A DNA stretch of 64,000 nucleotides from the human T2T-CHM13v2.0 reference genome, Homo sapiens (GCF_009914755.1 NC_060942.1), one strand, 5' to 3'; positions 30,446 to 44,265 are shown, counted from the first letter of the stretch. The notes: generated from the letters alone by a model not told the origin. Program-made: numbers and translations.

Positions 30446-32200
30446 GAGATATTTCAAAACAGGCATGCAATGCATAATAGTCACATCGGAGTAATTGGGG
30501 TACCTATCACCTCAGGTATTGATCTTTTGTGTTACAAATGATCCAATTGTGCTATTTTAGTTATTTTAAAATGTACAATCAAATTATTTTTGACTATAGT
30601 CACACGGTTGTGCTAGCAAATACTAGGTCTTATTCATTCTTTCTAACAATGTTTTTGTGCTGATTAACCATCGCTACTTCCCCCACACTCCCTGACTACC
30701 CTTCCCAATCTCTGTTAACCATCCTTCTACTCTTATCTCCATGAGTTCAACTACTTTCCTTTTTACCTTCCACAAATCAGTGAGAACATTTAAGGTTTGT
30801 CCTTCTCTGTCTAGCTTAGTTCACTTAACAAAATGACCTCCAGTTCCATCCATTTTGTTGCAAAAAACAGAATCTCATTCTTCTTTATGGCTGATTAGTG
30901 CTCCATTGTGTATATGAACCACATTTTCTTTATTCATTCATCTGTTGATGAACACTTACATTGCTTCCAAATTTTGGCTATTGTGAACAGTGCTACAACT
31001 ATTCTTTGATATGTCGATTTCTTTTATTTGGGGTATATACCCAGCAGCAGGATTGCTGGATAGTACAGTGGCTCTATTTTTAGTTTTTTGGGAACCTCCA
31101 AACTGTTCTCCACAGTGGTTGTACTAATTTATATTCCCACTAACAATGTACGAGGCTTTCCTTTTCTCTCCATCCTCGTCAGCATTTGTTATTGCCAGAC
31201 ATTAGATAAAAGCCATTCTACCTGGGGTGAGATAATATCTTATTGCAGTTTTGATTTGCATTTCTCTGATGAGCAATGATGTTGAGCACCTTTTCATATA
31301 CCTGTCTTCTTTCGAGAAATGTCTATTCAGATTTTTTGCCCATTTTTTTTAAAAAAGGATTACTAGATGTTTTTCCTACACTGTTGTTTGAGCTCCTTAT
31401 GTATTCTGGTTATTAACCTTTTGTCAGATGGGTAGTTTGCAAGATGGGAATATAAATTAGTATTTTCTCCTGTTCTGTGGCTTTTATCTTTGTTAATTAT
31501 TATTATTATTTTTTTTTTGCTGTGCAGAAGCTTTGGAACTTGGTATGATCCCATTTGTCAATTTTTGTTTTGGGTTGCCTGTGCTTGTGAAGTGTTTATT
31601 ACTTAAGAAACCTTTGCCCAGGCCAATGTTCTGGGGAGATTCCCTAATGTTTTCATGTAGTAGTTACATCATTTGAGATCTTATATTTCAATCTTTAATC
31701 CATTTTGATTTGATTTTTGTATCTGTTCAGAGATAGGAATCTAGTTTTGTTCTTTTGCATATAGATGTCCAGCTTGCCCGGCATCATTTATTGGAGAGAT
31801 TGTCCTTTCCACAATGTATGTTCATGGCTACTTCGTCAAAAATGAGTTCACTGTAGATGTATGTATGGATTTACCTCTGGATCCTCTATTCAGTTTCAGT
31901 GATCTATGTGTCTGTTTTTATTTATGTGGGTACCATGCCTTTTTGGTTACCTTAGCTGTGTAGTGTAATTTATAGTCAGGTAAGTGATTCCTACAGTTTT
32001 TTTTTGTTGTTTTTTTTTTTTGCTTAGTATAGCTTTGGCTATTCTGGGTGTTTTGTGGTTCCACATACGTTTTAGAGTGTTTTTCTATTTCTGTGAATAA
32101 TGTCATTGGCATTTTGATAGGGATTGCATTAAATCTGTAGATTGCTTTGGGTAGTATGGACATTTTAGCAATATTGATTTTTCCAATTCATGAATAGATT
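30446..32200 (-). mobile_element. L1MA2-like 3'UTR plus ORF2 end
   Basis: Antisense L1 with [17 protein letters not shown] remnant (31918-32163) and L1MA-type 3'UTR. Confidence 0.85.
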
Positions 32201-32524
32201 GGTCCAATTTTGTTTTCTGTTATAATAAGGCAGCACTGAGTTCAATGCCTCACAAATACTGTGATCTCCTTCTCCCCAGCACACAAAAATGTTCTCTGCA
32301 CCATGCCACTGCTGCTGCGGGAGAGAGGAGGTGTGATGTCAGCAATTCAAGACGGTTTTTCCTGCCTCTTCAGTGCCTCTTTTAGTAATACGAAGTTAAA
32401 GCCAGGTACTCACCTGATTTTTGGTTCTTATAAAGGTGCTATTTTATGTAGTTAGTTGTTAAATTGGTGTCCTTGAAGCAGGGACAATTGGCGGAGCCTT
32501 CTATTCTGCCATCTTGTTCTGCCC
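32201..32524 (-). mobile_element. L1M1/L1MA 5'UTR terminus joined directly to the ORF2 piece
   Basis: Reverse complement starts gggcagaacaagatggcagaatagaaggctccgcc, an L1 5' end with the YY1-site core aagatggc. Confidence 0.7.
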
Positions 32525-34903
32525 CAAGTCCTCATATATCATCTTTTATGAAGCACCCATTCAAATATTTTGTGCAGAACTCAAAACATGTAACCTGAAG
32601 TCTGTGGCTTGTCTTTATAAGGTTTGGCTTGATTTGCCTTTTAAGTGGAGTCCTTTGTATTCTTCCAAGGTGGAGGTAAATGTCTATCAGGAGTGGCATG
32701 GAACAAAGATAAATCTGTATTTCTGTCAGTCAAATAGAAATTTATCAAATTTTACTGATGCTGATAATAATATGTAAGAACTTTACCTTATAATGATATC
32801 TGGGGAAGATTAGACACTCCTTTTGTAATGCCATGTTTGACTAATATAACCAATGCAAAAAATATACTTATTGATATTCCTTCATCATTATATTCTGTTC
32901 TTAAACACTTGTGCATTTTCTATATGAGATCCATGTGAAACAGAAGTAACATAATTAGCTGTAGGAGATATCAACATAAAATAGAACTAAGATTGCAAGG
33001 ACAAAGGCATACATGGTTTAAATCCTGTCTCTTCCTCCATCTCTCCTGTAGCTCTTTCTCCTTTTTTTCCCTTTCCCTCCATCCCTCTTCCTCCTTCTCT
33101 CCCTCCACACTTGTCTGTGTGCGGTTGAGAAAACTTTAATGGAGCAATTGCAGCTTAACTATTGACCTCCACACTTTTCTCATTTGTGAATAGCATGAAT
33201 TGTTTTTTGGATAGTTTTACATCCAAAGAGTATTTTTCAGTGGTAAGGCCATTTCCTATGTGTGATAAAACTGAAAAATGAACCTGTACAAAGCACTATA
33301 TTGGCCATCCTATTTCCGAGAAGGCACGGAAGCAAGTTTATGTACTTTCCTGGGAATGTTAAAATGTCAGCTAGGAGTGCTTTCTACACTATTTATGCTT
33401 ACCCAGGTGTATATATGCCACACATAGCTGAAAAGGGATACATGTATTGTTTTCAGTTTGAACATTATAACTTTTTTTTTTTTTTTGTCTAAGGGGAAAT
33501 ATATTCTTTAAGAAGAAACTATCACATACTTCTCATCCAGGCTGTTCTTTGGGTCGTGGGGGCTCAGTTGTGATAAAAGGTGAAGTTAGAACTAGTTAAT
33601 GGAGAACTAGCTCCCATTATGCCACTTCCTGGCCAAATCAGGGACTGACCATGGGACTGCCCCATATGTGAACCTATGTTGCCTTCACTGAGACTGGGGA
33701 CTTTGAGAAGCACTGGCATATTTGGAAACTTTATGCAGCAGTTGACTGGTCTAAAAACTACACAGATGAAATCTCTCTCAGAAGAAATATATTCTTAACT
33801 ATCCTACTCTCTTTCTCCTCTATAATAAATGTTATAAAGGTTTGCCCCTGTGTTTGTTTTACTTTACATGTGAAACAAAAATTTTCATGGGTAAATGAGT
33901 TAAAGTATTTGGCTTTTAGCTCAAACAAATGAGATGTTAGTTTAAGAATAGACCTCCACTTATAGGCTGATTTATAACATTTGCATTGGAGGATATGGAA
34001 AGGATATAATGAAAACACAAAAATTTCCGTGGCATTTTAAATTTTCATTTTTTTATCAAGAAAAATTGAGTTCTTGTTGAAATAACCTGTACAAAACCTG
34101 CTTTAAAAAATAGTTTTTGATGTTGCTTACATGCAAATGATTATATTATAAATAAGAAAAATTTGAATTTAAATATCTCATGAAAATAGAACCATAAAAT
34201 ATTTTAGGTTGAGTATGACAAAAGGAAGTGTTTAGAAGATTTTTTTATTGACAAATTTATTTTGAATTTTCTTCTAAGAACCCAAGATATATTTTCCTTT
34301 AGAGAAAATGATCTGAGGCATGCTAGAGGGTATGTATTGACAGCTGTCCTAAACTATTTTCCTATTAAATCTCTATGGGTTAAAATAAATCAACACTCTA
34401 TCAGGTGTTATAATGTTGAAGTATGAGCTCATTTCCTTGTAAAGTGCAACTCTTAGATTGTCAGACTGGCTTTTTATATAGGAAGAGGAACCCATTTTCT
34501 CCATCTTACTCAGTATGTCCTCATGTATCTGAGTTTGTGGATTCTTTCACCTTTGGCTCTTGGTTCCTGGCTTTGATCAATGTGTTTTGATCTCAGTTGG
34601 AAATCAAAATGTGGAAAGAACAATGGATGGCTCCTCTCTCTCTCATACCAAGAATTGGAGTTAGAGAACACAGATCGCATCTTAAGAAATAATCATTTCA
34701 AATGTTAGCCATTCCTAGATTTCTGCCAGATATTAGCCATGTAGAAAACTGACGCTATTTGTTGTTTTATCTAAATTTTCGTTTTTTAAAATGCATCTTA
34801 AGATGTAAAGTACTACTATTTATGGGCAAAAAATATCGGGTTTATTTGAGAATTCTTTAATGCGCCACTCAAATGCTTGTTTGACCCAAATCCATTTTCT
34901 TAC

Positions 34904-35272
34904 AGTCTTAGTCTATTTGTGCTACTATTACAAGACACTACAGAATGGGTAATTTATAGAATATAGAAATTTATTTCTCACAGTTCTGGAGGCCGAGAAG
35001 TCCAAGATCATGGCACCAGCTGGTTGGTTGTCTGGTAAGGGTCTGCTCTCTGCTTCTAGGATGGCACCTTGCTGCTGTGTCCTCTGATGGTAAACTGTGG
35101 GGCAGAAAGTCAAAAGGGGTGAAGAGTGTCTGAGGCCTCTTTTGTAAGAGACTTAATCCCATTCATAAGGGAGGAATCTTCATGGCCCTATCACCTCTTA
35201 AAGGCCTTGCCTCTTAATATTAGCATATTGGCAACACCTGAATTTTAGATGGGAGACATGCAAACCATAGCA
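34904..35272 (-). mobile_element. MaLR solo LTR (MSTD/MLT1A-like)
   Basis: gtcttagtctatttgtgctactatta...aaatttatttctcacagttctggagg...caaaccatagca. Confidence 0.85.
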
Positions 35273-35279
35273 CCTGCCT

Positions 35280-35766
35280 TTTCCTGCTTTGCTCTCTAAA
35301 TTAGGGAAACTCATTTCTCTGGCTGTCTTGCACTCTAGCTTCCAGATAGGTTTGCTTAATGGGAGTTACTGGTGGTAGACTGGAAGACGAGAATGATGGG
35401 AGAAGCCAGGATATTCTACCCCTAGTCAGATGCCTCTTATAGCATCTCTGGTTGTGAATTGTCTTCTCGGTAGCTCCAAGCCTAACTGAGTTCCTCCCAC
35501 CTTGGTCCCACCAGTGCGTATTCCAGTGTTCTAGCTCCTGCCAGAGAGCCTGACATCTGGCCTCTAATAACAAAATCTTCCATTGTCCCTCTAGCATGAG
35601 GGTTGGTGGCAGCTTCCAGCTGTTGTCAATCTCTGTGTTGATTTGCTGTCTCTTTTTAGCCTCTCAGACCTTCCATCACCTGAAAACCCAATTTGCTTAT
35701 AATGATATCCTTGCGTTTGAAAAAACTGAAGTGGTTCTTTTATTTCCTGGCTGAGCCTTCCTGATA
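35280..35766 (+). mobile_element. Old ERVL-class LTR (LTR33/LTR41-like)
   Basis: ttgcactctagcttccagataggtttgcttaatggga...gggagaagccaggatatt...gtggttcttttatttcctggctgagcc. Confidence 0.45.
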
Positions 35767-36438
35767 TCTTAGCAAACAAATAAGGAGGGAGGAGCATCCT
35801 GCTACTGCTGTGGTGGTGTAAGCCCACCCCAGCTGTCTCACCTGCCATTGACAACTAGAAACTGAAAACAAAATAAACAGCAACGTGAGGACTCCAAAAA
35901 CTAAATGAAAGCACAGGATTTTGGAGGGGAATCACAGCTTGGAGAAGTGAAATGTTTGGAAGTGGGGTTTCCTGTTTATCTTTTCTCTCACAGTCTTACC
36001 CTGAGGGCAGGCCTCAGCCATTGAGTTGCACGTGGCACATGTAGCTGAAACTGATATAAATTTAACTTTTTGTTTGTTTGTTTGTTTTTGGCCAGAGAAA
36101 CCAGAGAAGGGAGCTTCAGTGGGTCAGAGAATTTGGGGAGAAATTCTACAGGGAAGAAAGACAGGAAAGGGTTCTCCTACTTCTGTGTATTAACCAGAAC
36201 TAATTTTAGACTAAACCTTGAGATATGCATGCATGAGGCACAATCAAAGATGTATAGCCAAGGCTTCGGGAACTTAAATGAAATCTGAACCACCTGCACA
36301 AGTCTCCTGAATAGCACGTGCATGGAACAGACCCAAACCAATGTTGCAGAGACCGAAGGAAGTCAATGGAAATTAAAACTACCCTTACAGAAGGAAAATA
36401 CTATAATGTGTAAACCTAAACAGGTTGAATGCCTTCTA

Positions 36439-36843
<405 letters not shown>

Positions 36844-36893
36844 TTAAAATTCAAAGAATCAGAAAACTGTGACCAATTCCCAAGGGAAAGCAA

Positions 36894-36894
<1 letters not shown>

Positions 36895-36932
<38 letters not shown>
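36895..36932. repeat. Perfect (AC)n microsatellite, ~19 units
   Basis: Uninterrupted ac run seen directly. Confidence 0.95.
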
Positions 36933-36934
<2 letters not shown>

Positions 36935-37084
36935 ATGAAATGACCCAATGTGTCAACTATCAGATGATGATTTGAAAGCAGCTATTATAACTAGGCTCCA
37001 TGAGGTACAGGAAATCACACTTGGTATTACATGGCTGTTGTGCTTTTAATGATACTTATAAGGATAATAATTTTGGATTGGATT

Positions 37085-37272
37085 GCTTTTTTATTGCGGT
37101 AAGTACGCATGTAAAATTTATCATTTTCACTTTTTTAAAGTATAAGTTCTGTGGCATTAAGTACATTCACACTGTGTGCAACCACCACCAGCACTCAGCT
37201 CCAGAACTCTTTTCATCATCCGAAACTGAAACACTGTACCCATTAAACAATAACTCACCATTCTATCCCCCA
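37085..37272 (-). mobile_element. L1MB 3' end fragment
   Basis: gtggcattaagtacattcac...ctccagaactcttttcatc...gaaactgaaacactgtacccattaaacaataactc. Confidence 0.75.
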
Positions 37273-37274
37273 GC

Positions 37275-38130
37275 TTACAAACTTGCAGAAGCCAGGCAGA
37301 GGCACTGAACTGTCAGAGGAAAGGTGAACATAACAACCATGGTAGTCAGCAAGACTGGAATGATGAAAATGGTGCCCGGAGTTACAGAGAGCTATGATGA
37401 GAGCTAACGGATCGTGGGACTCTGAGCAGTGAGATAGATGGGAAGCTCAACTAGGATGTTACCCTATTTTGTTATTTTAAAAAAAACACAGCTGGGAAGT
37501 AGAAGTTTAGTGTCTGTTCTTGCAGTGAAAAATCGTGGTCTTTCATTCAGTTTTCAAATCTAAATTAGTTAACAAACCCAGAGCCCTGTGATTGGAGGTG
37601 AGCCTGGTATTCTTCTTTTTGAAGAAGGATACTGTGATGCCATTAGAAGTATATGAGATGACTACTCCATTGATCCTTCCTTAAACAGACCTGATGTCAT
37701 TTTCCAGGATAACTTTGTAGTGAGGAATCAGGATTGTTCATTGTGAGGTCTGAATTAACATTAATACTAGGGAACCCAAAACATTATCATGGTCTCCCGA
37801 AGACTGAGCCCTTGTCTCAAGTTTACTTCACGCCATACCCATTTAGTCACAGGGCCCATTTTGCAGTTATTTCTGGAGTTTCTGCAAGTGTAATTGGGAC
37901 AGATAAAATTAGCAGCTGGCAGAATTTCTGACTTGTGTATGTCTATCTATGGAGTAACAGCCATTATGATAGAAGGAATTAGTTGAAGTTCTTGAAAATG
38001 TCCTCCCACATCCTGGCCAAGATGATTAATCAGAAGCAATACTGGGAAGGACTGTACTGGCACTAACGCAAAAGACCTGCAGGATGCAGAAATGGTGGTT
38101 CCCATCAAAGCCCCACTCCATTCACCATGC
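37275..38130 (+). mobile_element. Degenerate ERVL-class internal region (gag end, protease, RT start; HERV16/ERVL-E-like)
   Basis: aacccagagccc, tctgaattaacattaatactagggaacccaaa, gtgtaattgggacagata...agcagctggcagaa, aatcagaagcaatac, gatgcagaaatggtggttcccatca resemble ERVL pro-pol. Confidence 0.6.
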
Positions 38131-38139
38131 TTGAAGCAC

Positions 38140-38548
38140 TGCCTAACAAGAAAGCTCAATTGTGTCTGCCTATGGCAGCAGCTGTCTTGAGAAACCAAGA
38201 AACACAACCTGCAAGGCTGGAGGATTTAACTCCTTGTGGGGCATGGGAAATGGATGAAGAGGGTGCTGGCAGAAAAATACTCCTTTTTTCCTCCTCATGG
38301 TGGTCTATCCCAAGATGGAGTCATTCAAATAGCCTATTGCAGAGGCCTTGTGAGACTGAGCAATCAGCTGCATTTATTATGAGGCTGTGGTCAGCTTTGT
38401 AAAACACCATGTTGAGTTCTCTCTCATTCTTCTCTAGCTCACTGCCCTCTCTCACTTCTGCTTCTCTGAGGCTGCACACCCCCAATAAAATATCAGCACA
38501 GAAGCTTTCCTCTTAGGCTCTGTTTTCAATGGGACTGGAGGAAAGACA
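38140..38548 (+). mobile_element. LTR16-like ERVL LTR adjoining the internal fragment
   Basis: ctgcacaccccaataaaa...cttaggctctgttttc...aagaca terminus typical of LTR16. Confidence 0.6.
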
Positions 38549-38765
38549 GAAAGGATCCAATTTCTGATGATGTTTGTTTATTGGTTTGGCTTTACTAAAC
38601 AATTCCGAGTCCTCCAAAGTCAATATATTTTCATAACATTTTACAAATAGCCTATTTCCATCCCATTTTTGAACCCAAGGGAGATTATCATAGTTAGAAA
38701 TGGAACTATAAGTCCTAGATGTTCAAATCTTTTCCTCCATTGCTATAGATAGGTAAAGAAAAGCA

Positions 38766-39062
38766 GGCCAGGCCTGGTGGCTCATGCCTGTAATCCCAGC
38801 ACTTTGGGAGGCTGAGGTGGGCACATCATCTGAGTTCAGGAGTTCAAGACCAGGCTGGACAACATGGCGAAACCCTGCCTCTACTAAAAATAAAAAAATT
38901 AGCCGGGCGTGGTGGTGGGTGCCTGTAATCCCAGCTACTCGGGAGGCTGAGGTAGGATAATTGCTTTAACCTGGGAGGTGGAGGTTGCAGTGAGCCAAGA
39001 TCTCACCACTGCACTCCAGCCTGGGTGACAGAGCAAGACTCCATCTAAAAAAAAAAAATAAT
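38766..39062 (+). mobile_element. AluS SINE
   Basis: Full dimer ggccaggcctggtggctcatgcctgtaatccc...gactccatctaaaaaaa. Confidence 0.9.
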
Positions 39063-39369
39063 AAAGGCAAGAAAACAAGAGCCTCTTGTCGATCTAGCTG
39101 TATTGAGTCCTTTTTAGGATTTTAGGAAATATTTCTGGAAAGGATGACTCTTATGGAATGGTAGAGGCAGCTCAGTGAACTAGGAACAACAGAAGTAAAA
39201 GCTCAGGTACAAGAAATAATCGGGTGCTTTAGAAGAACATCTGCATCTCAGCAAAACTTGAACAAAAAGCTCAGGTGGGACATGGCAGGAAATGGACCCA
39301 GGGCCAGGTAAATACCTGGTGATAGAAGTCCTTGTAGGCCAGTGTAAGTAATGTGAATTTTATTCTGCA

Positions 39370-39550
39370 TGTTTCATAAACCACCTGCCTCAGAATCACC
39401 TAGAATGCTTGTTAAAAATACATTTAATGCATTTTCTTAGACACTAAGCCAGATGTACCAAATCACAATCTCTTAAGAGAGGGCCTGGGAATCTATATTT
39501 TGAATACTTCAAGGTGTTTCTTAGCACACTAAAGTTTGGGAACACCTGGT
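39370..39550. mobile_element. MER5-like hAT-Charlie MITE
   Basis: tcagaatcacctagaatgcttgttaaaaat...gggcctgggaatctatattttgaa...cactaaagtttgggaacac. Confidence 0.65.
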
Positions 39551-39667
39551 AGTGCCTTGAAAAGTTTTTGTTAGCATTGTTTCATAGTTAGATTCTGTCT
39601 AGACCATTCTGGCATCAGTGAGAAGGATAGGTCCAAAAAGGGGGACCCAGATTAGAAACAGAGAGAC

Positions 39668-40560
39668 CATTCATTCATTTATTCAACACATATTTTAAGC
39701 ACTTCCTATATGCTTGGCAAAAAGGACGTAGGAATGAAGGAATGGATGAAATCTATCTTAATCTGCTTGCTATCTCATGAGGGAGATGAACAACAAACAA
39801 GTAAACAACACGCAAACAAGATAATTCCAGATGTGATAAATGCGATAAAGAAAATAAGTGTAATAGTGTGAGAGAGAATAGCTGTGTATCTGTGTGTGCT
39901 ACAGGGGGATTTATATAGGGTGATCGGGGAAAGCCTTTTGAGGAGCTGACATTTACTCAGATTTGAAGAGGGAGAAACCAGCCATGTGAGAAGCCTGGGG
40001 AAAGGATTAGTTCTCCATGCAGAGTGAACAGCTGGTATAAAGGCTCTGAAACAGAAATCAGATCAATATCTCCAAGAAACAGAAAGGGATGGCATAGTGC
40101 CTAGAGGGTAAGGAGGGTAGAAGATAGTAGAGAAAGGTATGGTTGTAAAAGTAGAAGAGTAAGGTCATGCAGGGGGACATTAGGCCATAATAGAACATTT
40201 GTATTTTATTCTAAGTGTTATTTATTAGTACAAGAAAGAAGTGCAAGTCAGAGGTAGTTCATATATAAAGAGGAGAAGGATATACTTAAGAAATATTTAG
40301 AGAATGGGGTAAAATGAAAAAGCCCTAGGTATTTGTTGAATTGGAGCATAAAGGTAGAGAAGGATTCTAGGATGATTCTCAGGTTTGTGATCTGGATTCC
40401 TATGGGTAGATCACAGTAACATTATTTGAAAAAGAAAGAATAAGAGTAAGGGTGCATTCGAGGGGATGGAGTATTGGGCACTATTTGAACATGCTGTATT
40501 TGAGGAGTTTGTGGAATATACTAGTGATGTATGTGTATATTACAATATTTGACTATACAT
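39668..40560 (-). mobile_element. L2 fragments
   Basis: cattcattcatttattcaacacatattttaagcac (antisense L2 3' end) followed by purine-rich L2 body. Confidence 0.65.
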
Positions 40561-40589
40561 GATAGGAAACTGAAAATAACAGCCTTTCC

Positions 40590-40741
40590 TTTTTTTTTTT
40601 TTTTTGAGTCAAGTTCTCACAGGCTGAAGTACAGTGGCATGATCATGGCTCACTGCAGCCTCGAACTCCTAGACTGACGTGATCCTCCTAGCTTGGCTCC
40701 CAAACTGCTGGGATTACAGGCATAAGCCCTCATGCCTGGCC
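40590..40741 (-). mobile_element. FLAM/Alu monomer
   Basis: Poly-T then ...catggctcactgcagcctcgaactcct...gctgggattacaggcat...cctggcc. Confidence 0.8.
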
Positions 40742-40821
40742 AAAAGTAACAGTAATTTCAATAAGATGAACATTTATGTCTTTCTCATATCAATAAGTTT
40801 CAGAGATAGGAGTACAAGATT

Positions 40822-41340
40822 TGTACCCAGGTCTTGGTTCATAAAAGTGACTGGGTGACTACATGGAGAAGTCAATGTCAGTGAAAGGAAAGTTTACTGC
40901 TACAGTTCCTCTAGAAATGAGAGACACAGCCATGCAAGACTACATAGGAAGCACCAGAATAGGTCAGGAGAGAGGCCAAAGCAGGAGTGAGGGGAAGGCA
41001 TAGTCCACAGCCTTTAGAGGGGTTTCTGTGGGAAGTTGAGGGTAAACAGTTTAGGGTTGGTGAGTTTGAATAATTCCAGTGAGTCTTCAGGCGTAGGGTC
41101 TGTCCCTAGTTGTCTGGAACCTGGCCCTGGGTTGATTTACTATAGTGGGAATATTGGCTTGCTGTGTGAATTAGATAAAGGAGGTGGTTGGAGGTATAAA
41201 CTCAGGATTAGTTGGTTTGCATGTGAAAGGCGTGCTAGCAGGTGAATTGTTTAGTATTTCTAGGAATTTGTTAGACCTGAAAGGAGCAGTCTTTCCCAGG
41301 CCAGCAAGGTCCCCAAGATGGCAAAACATAACAAAAAACA
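40822..41340 (-). mobile_element. MER54-like ERVL solo LTR (within an old MLT1 fragment)
   Basis: tgtccctagttgtctggaacctggccctggg, gttggtttgcatgtgaaagg, cagcaaggtccccaagatg match antisense MER54. Confidence 0.75.
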
Positions 41341-43314
41341 TAATCAATTCAAGGCTGGTAGAGCAGCTACATTATTATCAATGATGTTTTTATCTTGTTA
41401 ATTCTCCATTCTCAACACATGGATCAACCTCAGGGGCCAAGATGGCTCCTCGACCTTCAGATATCACATCTACATCCTATCTAGTGGGAAGAGATGAGGA
41501 CAAACATGATGTCCCCTTCCTCCAAGGATATCCCTGGCAGTATCATAAACCAGTTTTCTTATATCCCATTGGCAGACATCTGAGGAAGAGTTTGTGAAAG
41601 AAAGCGAGGGATTGGTCTGGAATAAGTGGGCGCACCAGAGCAGGCTGCGAAAGCCAAGGGAGTGGAGACTTTAGGAGAGAGGGATCAAAATTATAATGTG
41701 GCCAAGACAGGCAGCAGATCAGAACTGCCGAGTGTCCTTTGGGATAGTTCAAATGAAGGGTCACTACTGTCGTAGCAAATTTAAGGGAAAAGTAAAGAAG
41801 AAATAAAAGAGAAGTGGGGAAATAGACAAGGCAGCAAGCATGAACTGCTCTGCTGAGGCTTAGCTGCTGAGGAAAAGTAGGAAATTAGAGGTCACATAGA
41901 ATTAAGAGATTTTTATTGCAGATATTAGATTCACAATCTTTAATGTGATATATCCACAAAGGGTAAAATATTTAGAAAAAATAGAGACTGGCTGGTAAGT
42001 AAAAGCAGAAATATTGAAATAATTGTTGAATGCGGTTCTTATTGAGGTCTTTTGAAATGTATAGTAACTTATAGGGCACTAGAACAAGCTAAAAAAGTGT
42101 ATGAATCACTAAGTCCTCATTCTGAAAATGGTTAAGATGAAAGTGATTGACAACTCACATTTCTTTCCGTGCGAGAAGCTGACTGCAGGGTTGGTGTATG
42201 CAGCAATGGAAGGCAAGTTTAGCCTATGTGCATTTGTCTTTAATTTGACCATATAAACAACTACTTATTTTTTTCTAATGACACCGTTTCATAAATATCA
42301 ATTTAATTGGATTTTGTTTTCTTCTAGCTTGAATATTCTCCTAGAGGAAATGTTTAACATGAGATTTTATTTAGACAGGTAGTGAAAAATCAGTATGATA
42401 CTTATGGAAGAGAGTATGAGTGCCATATCTAAATGAAAAGTTTTTAAGGAAGACTTCCTTGGGAGTGGTTTATTACATAATCTGTCAGATGGTCTCAGTG
42501 CCAAATGGGCAGAATTTAGAGATCATTAAAAGACTTAAATATTAATGTGACTTGTACTTTCATGAGCAACCAAATTATTGGTATTCAACTAGCATTTCTT
42601 ACTCTTTAACAGGAAAAAAAATACCCTCTCATTTTCTTCCTAATACTCAACAGTGCCCAATTATGTCACTGATCTTGCTACAACTGCTGCACTTGACATC
42701 TAATAAATCTGATTCTAAATTGGTTTGTAGTCGAATTTTGAAAAAGATCAATAGATTCATTTATGTGGACTCTTGCCCTGCTGCTGAAAACGTGCCTGTA
42801 CATACAAAGAATGAGATTACCAGATTTGATTCACAACCTCTTGGCTGTCTCAGTACACCTGGAATACTGTATAACTAATGAAGAATTAAATTAGTAGTAC
42901 TACTGGTCAGACCTGACACTCTTATCTGTGCCTACTCTATAGCAGCAGTGAGATAAGATGTTGATTTCTCCCTCCATGAGCAAACACTCTTGCTTGGATT
43001 TTGTAGACTCAAAAATAAACCCTTAACCACCATTATGATCAATAACAGTAATAATAATGATCATGATAGGATTGAATGCCATGCTATTTACATGATTGTA
43101 TTTTCAAGTAAAAAAAAAAGTATCAGTAAATTATCTTTTAAATTAGTTTGCAGAACTTAAGAAAAACTGATTAAGATTTCATGTAGATGAAACTCATTGA
43201 GGAATTTTTTTATTTGAGTGCACTACTAAATTTATTTAAGCAGTTATTGAAGTAATATACTATGCCATTATGTTACTTGATGGTGAATAAAAATGCACTT
43301 AGAACTCTCTCTCC

Positions 43315-43606
43315 TTTTTTTTTTGGAGATAGAGTCTCACCTGTCACCCATGCTGGAGTACAGTGGCGCAATCTTGGCTCACTGTAACCTCCACTTCCTG
43401 GGTTCAAGAGATTCTGCTGCCTCAGCCTCCTGAGTAGCTGGGACTACAGGTGCCTGCCACCATGCCTGGCTAATTTTTGTACTTTTAGTAGAGATGGGGT
43501 TTCACCATGTTGGCCAGGCTGGTCTCAAACTCCTGACCTCAAGTGGTCTTCCCACCTTGGCCTCCTAAAGTGCTGGGTTTACAGGCATGAGCCAATGTGC
43601 CTGGCC
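43315..43606 (-). mobile_element. AluS SINE
   Basis: Poly-T then full antisense Alu dimer ending cctggcc. Confidence 0.9.
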
Positions 43607-43980
43607 AGACAGACTCTATTTTCTTGAGTAACTTATAATTCAGTATAGAGCACAAAATATAGTACAAGACAGAATAAAAGTGTTGTTCTAATAAAAATCT
43701 CAACACCCATAACGGTTGCACCAAGAAGGTAGCAATTAATTCCAAATTGGGATTTTGGAGATGGCTTATGTGGAGGTAGGAGAGTTTAAGCTGTCTTCAA
43801 GGGAGAGCCAATTGTCTAATAAGCAAGAAGAAGGTAGGATGGTATTTTAGGATAAAAGTATAATCACGACAAGGGAAACATAATATAAAAGGACTTCTTA
43901 TGCTCTCAAAATACTCCTGCGTAACTGTGGTAGAATGTAGAAGATGAGATGATGAAGGTTGTAGTCATATCATGGGGCTT

Positions 43981-44166
43981 TTATTTTATTTATTTTTATT
44001 TTTTTACAGGCGCCCACCACCTTGCCCAGCTAATTTTTGTATTTTTAGTAGAGACAGGATTTCACTATGTTGGCCAGGCTGGTCTTGAACCCCTGACCTC
44101 AGGTGATCCACCCGCCTCGGCCTCCCAAAGTGCTGGGATTACAGGCATGAGTCACAGTGCCCGGCC
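43981..44166 (-). mobile_element. AluS with most of the right arm deleted
   Basis: T-rich tail runs straight into acaggcgcccaccac...; intact left arm ending cccggcc. Confidence 0.85.
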
Positions 44167-44177
44167 TCCAATGGGAC

Positions 44178-44265
44178 TTTTTTTTTTTTTTTTTTTTTTG
44201 AGGTTAAGAGCGGAAGTTTAATAGGCAAAAGAAAGAGAAAAGCTCTGTTGCTACAGAGAGGTGTC
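44178..44265 (-). mobile_element. L1-mobilised, polyadenylated 3' end of an ERV1 LTR transcript (MER61/MER50-like)
   Basis: Reverse complement gacacctctctgtagcaacagagcttttctctttcttttgcctATTAAActtccgctcttaacctc + A22; TSD tatcatggggctttt at 43968-43982 and 44266-44280; TTTT/AA endonuclease site at 44277-44282. Confidence 0.7.

Noticed and set aside
42328-42378. Possible + strand exon (ttcttctag...ACAG|gtagtg)
   Set aside because: Weak donor and no recognisable coding similarity; the 108-aa ORF nearby (42552-42878) starts with TTG and has no domain signature.
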